From an uncultured Luminiphilus sp. (lineage in GTDB: Bacteria > Pseudomonadota > Gammaproteobacteria > Pseudomonadales > Halieaceae): a stretch of DNA of 64,000 bases. Positions 55,470 to 64,000 of this stretch are shown here, one piece after another. Below the pieces are notes generated by a model that searched no databases, was not told the origin of the DNA, and saw only the letters and a list, made by a program, of their open reading frames with translations. The DNA lies in NCBI GenBank assembly GCA_943840615.1, contig CALSVI010000019.1, forward strand, positions 6,362-70,361. Direction: 5' to 3'. The translations under genes and the position numbers were made by a program. Every line of letters begins with the position of its first letter. The first letter of the stretch is position 1.

Positions 55470-56602
55470 TTATTTTGTTTTGTCCATTGCTGCAATAAAG
55501 GGCGCAAATAAATTGGCAGCGTCATGCGGCCCGGGACTCGCCTCCGGATGCCCTTGAAAGCTGTAGGCGGGAACATCCTTTCGTGCAATGCCCTGCAAAG
55601 TGCCGTCAAACAACGACCGGTGCGTGACTTCGAGAGTGTCCGGTAAATCCGCTTCAGAGACAGTGAAGCCATGGTTTTGACTGGTTACCATTACCGTACC
55701 GTCAGCCAGATTCTGAACGGGATGGTTTGCACCGTGGTGACCAAACTTCATCTTTTCCGTGCGAGCACCGCTCGCCAGCGCCAGTATCTGGTGGCCCAGG
55801 CAAATACCAAACAACGGGAGCCCCTTACCCATCACTTCTCGAGCAAGGCTAATCGCATAATCGCAAGGCTCGGGATCACCTGGGACCATTAGAGAAAAAG
55901 ATGCCGTCCGGTGAATGCGCCATGACTTCATGCATGGTCGACTGAGCGGGCAACACTGTGACGCGGCACCCTAGGTCCACCAAAATTCGCAAAATGTTTC
56001 TTTTAACGCCAAAGTCCAGTGCGACCACCGCAAAAGATGCCTCAGGGCGAGCGTCGAACGCCACTGGCGGGCAAGCGCCAGGTTCCCTCCGTCCAGTCGT
56101 AAGGGTCTGTCGTGGTCACCACCTTAGCGAGGTCCATTCCCTTGAGGCCAGCAAAAGCACGTGCGCGCTCAAGCGCCTCTGCTTCGGTAGCATCGGGGCC
56201 CGCCATGATGCACCCGCTCTGCGCACCGCCATCGCGGAGGATACGCGTGAGCTTACGGGTATCAATGTCGGCAATTGCCACCGTATCGCCAATGCTTAAG
56301 TAGTCACTGAGGCTTTGTTCTGAACGGAAATTGGAGGCCAGTAAAGGCAGGTCTCGGATAATCAGCCCCGCCGCCTGAATCCCGGCGGATTCTTCATCCT
56401 CGCGGGTTACGCCAGTGTTACCGATGTGTGGATAGGTGAGCGTGACAATCTGACGGCAGTAGGACGGGTCGGTCAAGATCTCCTGATACCCGGTCATCGC
56501 GGTATTGAAAACCACCTCGCCCACCGTCGTGCCGAGAGCACCAATGGACTGGCCGCGAAAAATCGTGCCATCTTCCAGTGCGAGGACAGCGGGTTGAGAC
56601 AA
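55470..56602 (-). CDS. carA: Carbamoyl-phosphate synthase small subunit, split by two frameshifts (~56070, ~55882)
   Basis: [49 protein letters not shown] across three frames; TTG start. Confidence 0.94.
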
Positions 56603-56841
56603 ACGGACCTCCCAGTCGTTGTGGCTACGCGCGTGCTTCAGGTGCACGAGCGGGCCGGGCCAAGTTCACCCTGTGGTCGCAAATAGCAGACGTTAAGCGC
56701 GTGATGGGGCCGAAAATAACCCCGCGCGGGCTGGGTCTGCAGTTTACGGCAAAGGGTCGGGGCTGTCTATTTTTTACGCCTCGCTCCACCTCTGATAGAT
56801 GTCGGGTACACTGCGCGCCCCTAGGTTCAGGATGGCATCTG

Positions 56842-57666
56842 ATGGCACTGATCGATCGCTATTTCGAAGGTAAGACAGCGGCCATATCCGGCGCCGGTGA
56901 CGGCATTGGCCGAGCACTCGCCCAGCGCCTTAATGGCGCTGGCTGTCATTTGTGGCTGTCCGATATCAACACCGAGACCCTGGCAGACACCTGCGCCTTA
57001 CTCGATCAAAGCAGCGCGAAGGTCGTATCGCGCAGGGTCGATTGCGGACAGCGAGACGAGCTGTTCGCCTGGGCCGAGACGGTGGCCAGAGACACACCCC
57101 ACCTCGACGCGCTATTTAACAATGCGGGCGTCGGATACGGCGCCCGCTTCGAAGACTCCACCGAGAAAAATTTTGAGTGGTTGATTGACATCAATTTCTG
57201 GGGCGTCGTGCACGGCACGCGGGCTTTCTTGCCGCTGCTAATGCAATCGGAACGCGGGCATCTGGTCAACCTGTCCTCGATTTTCGGCATGGTGGGTATT
57301 CCCACACAAAGCGCTTATAACGCGGCCAAATTTGCTGTGCGCGGATTCAGCGAATCGCTACAAGCCGAATATCTGCAGTCCAGCCTGGCGGTGACCAGCG
57401 TTCACCCGGGCGGCATTCAAACCAGTATTGCCCGCTCCGCTCGAACAGATGGATCAGGCGCGCTGACCGAAGCGGATGAGCGAGATGAGCAGTTCAAGAA
57501 GCTGGCCAAAACCACACCTGAACAGGCAGCAGAGATCATTCTCCGCGGTACAGCGCGCGGTAAGCGTCGTATTCTGGTCGGCTGGGATGCCTGGCTGATT
57601 CAGCAGCTCATCAAGATCCTGCCCACGGGGTATCACTGGATCACGGCCCGGATCACGAATGACTGA
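56842..57666 (+). CDS. Short-chain dehydrogenase/reductase
   Basis: SGAGDGIG, NNAG, YNAAK, HPGGIQT. Confidence 0.92.
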   Translation: MALIDRYFEGKTAAISGAGDGIGRALAQRLNGAGCHLWLSDINTETLADTCALLDQSSAKVVSRRVDCGQRDELFAWAETVARDTPHLDALFNNAGVGYGARFEDSTEKNFEWLIDINFWGVVHGTRAFLPLLMQSERGHLVNLSSIFGMVGIPTQSAYNAAKFAVRGFSESLQAEYLQSSLAVTSVHPGGIQTSIARSARTDGSGALTEADERDEQFKKLAKTTPEQAAEIILRGTARGKRRILVGWDAWLIQQLIKILPTGYHWITARITND

Positions 57667-58915
57667 ACCCCCCTTCACCGGCTCGCTGGCCGGAACCGAA
57701 CGGCTTGCGCGCGAGCCTCTAATACTGCTATTTCTTGCGCTGTTTGCGACGGCGGCAGGACAGGCGTTTGTCTTTGCCATCTTGCCGCCGCTCGGGCGAT
57801 CTGTCGGCCTCGATGAGATTCGCATCACCGCCATTATTTCAACCTCTGCATTGGTTTTTACGCTGGTCGCGCCCTTCTGGGGGCGCTTTCTCGGACCGGG
57901 TGGGCCGCAAGCCCGTCATTGTGATTGGATTGATGGGTTACTGCATCGGCTCACTCTCATTCGCCGTGCTGTTCTCACTTTGCAGGACAAGGCCTGATAA
58001 CCGGGTTGACGCTGTTTGTCGTCGCACTGATCGTCCGTTCGCTTCAGGCAGCGACCATGTCTGCCACCAATCCGGGGTGCACGGCCTATGCCGCTGATCA
58101 CACCGTGGCACAGTTTCGTATCAAAACGCTGGCGCGACTTTCCAGCGCCAATAGCGTCGGAATGATCATGGGACCCGTCATGGCGGGACTGGTGGCTGGG
58201 CTGGGGCTATTAGCGCCACTGGTTGTCGCGTCGATCCTCTCGGGCCTCGCCGCGATCGTCATCATCGCCTCAAGCTCTCCAAGGGCGTCACACCCCGCAG
58301 CAACGCAAGACCCAGCCTCGTCGCCTGGGCTACTTCGACGCCGCCTGTTCGGGTCTATCTGTACTCTCCGCCATCGGCGCCTTTCACCGGCTTCGCGATG
58401 GTGCAGCAGACGCTGGCATTTCGACTGCAGGACGTGCTGAATCTCTCTGGCGTCGAGACCGCCCAGTACACCGGCTGGGCGATGATGGTGTCGGCCGCCA
58501 GCTCGCTGCTCATGCAGTTTACGTGATCGCGCAGCGCTTTAGCCGGGCCACCCGATTCAACTCGTGCGCTGGGGAGCCGGATTGTTGCTGGCTGGCACCG
58601 TGGTCATCAGCGCACTGGGCAGCTGGCCCGCAGTACTCTCCAGCATGGTCCTGATCGGCGCGGGCCTTGGCTTGCTGATGCCCGCCGTCGCCGCCGGTGC
58701 ATCGCTGGCCGTGGGGCCGAAGAGCAAGGTGGCGTGTCGGGCCTGGTCAGCGCCTGTCCCGCCGCAGGCTTTGTGCTGGGCCCGATCAGCGGCGGGTTCT
58801 TGTCTCAATACCAGCACTATCAGCCCGCGCGGGCTGGGGCGCGACGATCATTCTGGTGGCCATGTTTTTGGTGACCCTTACCCCTCGCAAAGACGCGCAC
58901 GCTCCCCAACATTAG
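57659..58915 (+). CDS. MFS transporter, broken by several frameshifts
   Basis: Hydrophobic segments across frames, motif A (SDRVGRKPVI), GMIMGPVMAG. Confidence 0.8.
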
Positions 58916-59372
58916 CGCCCGGCGTCAGGTCGTCTAGCAGGCAAGGCCTCGATCGCCTGCCTGATTCCCTCGGGGATCAGCGCAGACTGACCGGTTTCAC
59001 GGTCAACAAACGCATGCGTGAAAGTACCCGTCACGCTGCTGTGCTCCGCATCGGGTGCAAAAACGCCCACTTCCCAGCGCACGGATTTCTCACCCATTCG
59101 CTGAATGCGCAGGCCTAAACGTGATTGTGCGTGGGATAACTGATGGGCGAAAAATAGCTGGCGCTGGACTGAACAACATACCCCACCACCGCATCCAGGC
59201 CGGGTTGGAGTCCGCCCTCTTCGATCAGAAATCGGTTCACGACGGAATCGAAGTAGGCGTAATACGCCACGTTGTTGATATGGCCGTAGATGTCGTTGTC
59301 CGCCCAACGGGATTCGAGTGAATAAAATATCGGATAGTCCGACCGAGCGGAGGGCGTCGCACGATCGCTCAC
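58912..59372 (-). CDS. Acyl-CoA thioesterase (4HBT/hotdog), frameshifted near 59120
   Basis: RWADNDIYGHINNVAYY then GLRIQRMGEKSVRW...FVDRETG in another frame. Confidence 0.85.
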
Positions 59373-60521
59373 GCCGAGCCACTCCAGGCAGCGGTATACA
59401 GCGCCAACGCGGCGGCTTCATCGACCTCGACCGGATTGTTTACCAACAGGCGCTGTTGCAGCATGGCGTCAGCGGCCAGCATCGGCAGATCGCGCTCCGG
59501 CACGTCAGCCGCCGACAGCGTGGTCGGCAGTGCAGCATCGGCAATGAGATCCTCAAACCAACTCACGAAACCCTCGACGCCGGGCGCAACTGGCTCGGGT
59601 AGCAGCTTCGCCAGCTCCAGATAGAGCGCCTCGGCGGCACGGCGCATTAAAGCGCAACACCGCAGGTAGCATGAGCGCGTTACTGAGTCCATGGGGCATG
59701 TGGTAGTGCCCTCCCAATGGATAGGCCAGCGCGTGCACCGCGGCAACCGGCGCGTTGGCAAAGGCCTGGCCTGCGAGCGTGGCACCCAACAACATCGCCT
59801 CTCTCGCCGCGACATCGTCGGGATGAGATAGCACGCGTCGCTGATTCGCACTCAGCAGGGTCAGCGCCTGCCTTGCGAGCATGTCGGACACCGGGTTCTT
59901 CTTAATCTTCGAGGTATACGCCTCAATGGCATGCACCATGGCATCGATACCGGTCATGGCCGTCACGTGAGCCGGCAGACCCAGCGTCAGTTCGGCATCG
60001 AGCACCGCGATATCGGGTAACAAGACAGGCGAGCTGATGCCCGCCTTGGTGGTTTCGCCGGTGGTGATGACCGCCACCGGCGTCACCTCGGATCCAGTGC
60101 CCGCGGTGGTGGGAATCAGAATGAGCGGCAGCCGACCCCCGACAACCTTGTCTACGCCATAGGCCTCTGCCAGCGTTTGGCTGCCCGCCGCCAGCACAGC
60201 AATCGCTTTGGCAACATCCATTGAACTGCCGCCGCCGAGGCCGACTACCCCATCTGCCTCGCCCGCCTGCAGCACCGCCAGCGCGTCCAATACCACCGAC
60301 TCGGCAGGGTCAGCGGTCACCTCGGAAAAGAGGGCCACATGCTCGCAAGTCGCCGCCATGGCTTCCTGCACGGGGGTTACCAAACCCACCGCCAACAAGC
60401 CTGGGTCTGTTACCAGCAGCGGTCGCTTGATGCCCAGCTGGGCGCAATACGCCCCCACTTCAAGCGCAGTGCCTAAGCCGACGCGCAGCTCTGGAGCGGT
60501 ATTGAACCGATAGCCGGTCAT
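59369..60521 (-). CDS. Iron-containing alcohol dehydrogenase, frameshifted near 59640
   Basis: GLGGGSSMD, IPTTAGTGSE, DAMVHAIE, HALAY, PHGLSN; tail QRLLVNNP in a shifted frame. Confidence 0.9.
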
Positions 60522-60522
60522 A

Positions 60523-61501
60523 TCAGAATGTGAGAATCACCTTGCCCTTGGCGCGGCGCTCCATCATTGCACCGTAGGCGGCCTCGTACTCTTCAATCGG
60601 GAAAAGATCGGTGATCACCGGCTTGATCTTGCCCTCTTCGAACCACTGCCACAGCGTCTCGATATTTGCTTGATGCACAGCGGGTTCCTCCATGGTGAAG
60701 CGACCCCAGAAAACGCCCACAATCGCGCAACCCTTCAGCAACGTCAGGTTAAGCGGAATACTCGGGAATCGGGCCGGAAGCAAAACCAATCACAAGGTAA
60801 CGACCATTCCAGCCCATCGATCTCACCGCGGGCTCACTGAAATCGCCCCCTACCGGGTCATACACAACATCCACGCCCTTGCCACCCGTGAGTTCCTTGA
60901 CACGATCCTTCAGCGACTCAGTGCTGTAATTGATGATGTGGTCGGCACCCAGTTGGGTACAGAGCGCCAGCTTGTCGTCGCTACTCGCTGCGGCAATGAC
61001 CGTAGCGCCCAGCGCCTTGCCAAGCTCCACCGCTGTGCTGCCTACCCCACCCGCGGCACCGAGTACCAGCAAGGTCTCGCCGGGCTGAATGTTCGCCCGC
61101 TGCACCAGCGCATGGTAGGAGGTGAGATAGGTGATCGTGATGCCGGCCGCCGCTTCAAAAGACAGCGCGGGAGGCTTCGGTAGCACAGCCAGCTCGTTGG
61201 CCACGACCTCCTCGCAGAAGCCGCCGGATCCGCCGCTGTGGATGACTTCATCACCCACTTTCCAGCGTGTCACGGCGGCGCCCACTTCTTCGACCACGCC
61301 TGCGCACTCACCGCCGGGAATAAAAGGCAATTCGGGCTGCATCTGGTACTTACCCTGAATGATCAATACGTCGGGAAAGTTAAGTCCCGCGGCCTTGACC
61401 CGGATACGAACTTCATTCTCGGCCAGCTCTGGAGACGCCCAGTCACTCACGAGCTCCAAGCGATCGGGCAAACCATGCTCACGACAGACGAGTGCTTTCA
61501 C
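60523..61501 (-). CDS. NADPH:quinone oxidoreductase family (MDR), frameshifted near 60762
   Basis: AAGLNFPD, GAAGGVG, DVVYDPVGG, IGFASG; tail IPLNLTLLKG...GKVIL in another frame. Confidence 0.9.
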
Positions 61502-61502
61502 C

Positions 61503-62681
61503 TTAGAAGACCTCAAATAGGCCGGCAGCACCCATACCGCCGCCGACACACATGGTGACCACAACGTATTTAGCACCGCGGCGCTTGCCCTCAATCAAGG
61601 CATGCCCCAGGAGGCGGGAGCCACTCATACCATAAGGGTGGCCGACAGCGATCGCGCCGCCATCAACATTCAATTTGTCATTGTCGATGCCCAACGTGTC
61701 GCGGCAGTGCAACACCTGCACAGCGAAAGCCTCGTTAAGCTCCCACAGACCGATGTCATCAACAGTCAAGCCATGCTGCTTCAACAGCTTGGGAATCGCA
61801 AAAACCGGGCCGATACCCATCTCGTCGGGCTCACAGCCGGCAACCGCAATACCGCGGTAGGCACCCAGCGGATTCAGACCCAGCTTCTCTGCCGTCGCTG
61901 ACTCCATCACGACTTGCGCCGATGCACCATCGGACAGCTGCGAGGCATTACCCGCCGTAATCGTACCGCCCTCAATGACGGTCCGGAGCCCTTGAACCCC
62001 CTCTAGCGTCGACGCGCGAACGCCCTCATCTGCACTGACGGTTGCTTCGGCAGTGGACTGCTCGCCCGTTTCCTTGTTGTAGACGATCCGCTCACACGTG
62101 ACCGGCACCAGCTCATCGTCAAACCTACCCGCTTCATAAGCCGCTGCGGCGCGCTGCTGAGACTGCAATCCGTATTCATCCATGACGTCGCGGCTGATGC
62201 CATATCGTGCTGCCACTACTTCGGCGGTTTGCAACATCGGCATGTAAACGTCCTTGTGCATAGCCAATAGCTCTTCATCGGCCGCGCGGTGGAGGTTCAT
62301 GTGCTCGTTTTGTACCAGCGAGATGGAGTCCACGCCGCCTCCGATGGCGACTTCCATACCATCATGGAGTACCTGCTTGGCTGCCGTCGCCACTGCCATC
62401 ATGCCTGAGGAGCACTGGCGATCGATTGTCATTCCCGAGACGCTGACAGGCAAACCTGCCCGCAACGCCGCGGTACGCCCGATATTGCCGCCTTGACTCC
62501 CTTGGGTCAGCGCAGAACCCATAATGCAATCTTCTATCCTATCCGGGTCTACGCCGGCACGGGCGACCGCTGCAGCAATGGCATGGCTGGCCAATGTCGG
62601 CGAAGCCAAATTATTAAAGCCCCCACGATAGGCCTTGCCGATCGGGGTGCGCGCGGTTGAAACAATCACTGCTTCTCTCAT
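61503..62681 (-). CDS. Acetyl-CoA C-acyltransferase (thiolase)
   Basis: [27 protein letters not shown]. Confidence 0.96.
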   Translation of the reverse strand: MREAVIVSTARTPIGKAYRGGFNNLASPTLASHAIAAAVARAGVDPDRIEDCIMGSALTQGSQGGNIGRTAALRAGLPVSVSGMTIDRQCSSGMMAVATAAKQVLHDGMEVAIGGGVDSISLVQNEHMNLHRAADEELLAMHKDVYMPMLQTAEVVAARYGISRDVMDEYGLQSQQRAAAAYEAGRFDDELVPVTCERIVYNKETGEQSTAEATVSADEGVRASTLEGVQGLRTVIEGGTITAGNASQLSDGASAQVVMESATAEKLGLNPLGAYRGIAVAGCEPDEMGIGPVFAIPKLLKQHGLTVDDIGLWELNEAFAVQVLHCRDTLGIDNDKLNVDGGAIAVGHPYGMSGSRLLGHALIEGKRRGAKYVVVTMCVGGGMGAAGLFEVF

Positions 62682-62698
62682 GCTTTTGTCCTTGTATC

Positions 62699-62729
62699 AG
62701 TCAATCACTTGTTTTTAGTCAATCACTTG
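62699..62729. repeat. 13-bp direct repeat AGTCAATCACTTG x2 in the thiolase leader
   Basis: Copies at 62699-62711 and 62717-62729. Confidence 0.8.
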
Positions 62730-62775
62730 GTCTGGCGTTAGCCGCATCCACTGTTCCCACTTTGAAAAGGGGGCA

Positions 62776-63693
62776 TCAGCTCAAATCGAGGCCCAAACCT
62801 TTCGCCGCCTGGCCGATCATCTTGATGCTCTGCTCGAAGCCCGCCTGCAAAGCGCGTTCGCCGCCCTCAGAAATCTGACCCCAATGAGCCGCAATACCCT
62901 CGGGAGTCTGCTCTGCCTCCGGCAGCCACATCCCCTCGGTTTCGACAATTTTTGCCACCGCGTAGGCGCCAGCGCCAGCCGCAAGGATCGTGCGCGTCGG
63001 GGCATCCTCGGATACGAGATACAAAACGGCGGGGGTCACCGTTTCTGGCGTCAGTAGCGCAAACGCCTTTTCGTCAATGAGGCCTTCAGTCATTCTTGTG
63101 CCGGCGGTGGGCGCCAGCGCGTTGATCTTGACGTTATATTTTGCGCCTTCCTGAGCGAGGGTGTTCATCATGCCAATGACGCCCATCTTAGCGGCTCCAT
63201 AATTAGTCTGGCCGAAATTGCCGTAAAGCCCACTCGAGGAAGAGGTCACCACAATGCGGCCATACTCCTGCTCTCTCATAATTTCCCAGCACGACTTGGT
63301 GCAGTGAACCGTTCCCATCAGGTGCACGTCTGCCACCAAACGAAAATCTTCAACCGAACCTTTAGCAAAGCTCTTATCACGCAGAATACCGGCGTTGTTC
63401 ACGAGGATATCCAGACGGCCCCAGCGCTCCATGGTCTTTGCCACCATATCCTGTACCTGTTCCAGATCCGCGACATTGGCACCGTGCGCCATCGCCTCAC
63501 CTCCCAGCGCTTCAATCTCTGCCACCACATCCAGCGACGCCTGAGAATTGGCGCCCTCACCCGAGACTGAGCCACCGAGATCATTCACCACTACCTTGGC
63601 GCCCCGCTTGGCAAGCTCAATCGCATGGCTGCGGCCAAGGCCCCCGCCAGCGCCAGTCACCACCGCCACTTTGCCGTCATAACGAATTGTCAT
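62776..63693 (-). CDS. SDR, MFE-2-like 3-hydroxyacyl-CoA dehydrogenase
   Basis: TGAGGGLG, VVVNDLGG, NNAGILRD, GNFGQTNYGAAK. Confidence 0.9.
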   Translation of the reverse strand: MTIRYDGKVAVVTGAGGGLGRSHAIELAKRGAKVVVNDLGGSVSGEGANSQASLDVVAEIEALGGEAMAHGANVADLEQVQDMVAKTMERWGRLDILVNNAGILRDKSFAKGSVEDFRLVADVHLMGTVHCTKSCWEIMREQEYGRIVVTSSSSGLYGNFGQTNYGAAKMGVIGMMNTLAQEGAKYNVKINALAPTAGTRMTEGLIDEKAFALLTPETVTPAVLYLVSEDAPTRTILAAGAGAYAVAKIVETEGMWLPEAEQTPEGIAAHWGQISEGGERALQAGFEQSIKMIGQAAKGLGLDLS

Positions 63694-63711
63694 GTTCTGT
63701 CTCCCCAATGC

Positions 63712-64000
63712 TTACCCAATGATCGACATGCCCAGCCACTCAGCATAGATTGCGGGAGTCTCTTCACCCTCAATCTCTACCGTGACCGCCTGCTTCACCA
63801 AAAAGCGATTCGCATCCTTTCGATCCACAGAAAGGATTTCGCAGCAGGCACGCACGCGCTTGCCGGCACGCACCGGATTGAGAAAGCGGACTTTATCCAA
63901 ACCGTAATTGAGACCCATGACGATACCTTCGGGGTAAACGCCATTTTCTGCGCAGAGCTTGGTCATCAGAGACAAAGTGAGAAAGCCGTGGGCAATGGTT
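63712..64000 (-). CDS. MaoC-family dehydratase (5' end outside window)
   Basis: TIAHGFLTLSL at the window edge, NYGLDKVRFLNPV. Confidence 0.9.
   Translation of the reverse strand, partial: TIAHGFLTLSLMTKLCAENGVYPEGIVMGLNYGLDKVRFLNPVRAGKRVRACCEILSVDRKDANRFLVKQAVTVEIEGEETPAIYAEWLGMSIIG

Noticed and set aside
56578-56841. 88-aa N-terminal extension of the SDR ORF
   Set aside because: Overlaps the carA start and the divergent promoter region; the SDR fold begins at ATG 56842.

Overview
The window is mostly core genome of a GC-rich gammaproteobacterium. Gene order resembles Pseudomonadales/Cellvibrionales, and a Halieaceae (OM60/NOR5)-like marine organism is my inference only. Contents in order: 3' part of dnaE2; a flavin monooxygenase; argG; pyrC-rnt; an amidohydrolase/MMPL/mpl block; pfk; the sfsA-dksA-gluQ-cbrB-pcnB-folK-dNK-panB-panC cluster; an acetate permease pair and acs; a TonB receptor with a lipoprotein amidohydrolase; the pnp-rpsO-truB-rbfA-infB-nusA-rimP-tRNA-fMet and tRNA-Leu-secG-glmM-folP-ftsH-rlmE blocks; yhbY; Fur-boxed feoAB; greA-carB-carA; and a lipid/acyl-CoA catabolic cluster. 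No CRISPR, transposase or phage genes were seen. The most interesting locus is 18.0-19.8 kb. A CbrB orthologue has lost its phosphoacceptor Asp and has no neighbouring cbrA kinase gene. It is followed by GTAACA enhancer sites, a sigma-54 promoter, a very short A-rich CrcZ-like RNA candidate and an unexplained 18-bp tandem repeat, suggesting a minimal, possibly kinase-independent catabolite-repression module outside Pseudomonas. DksA carries a 9x48-bp histone-H1-like extension. Many frameshifts (dnaE2, truB, and densely at 53-61 kb) are probably sequencing or assembly indels.
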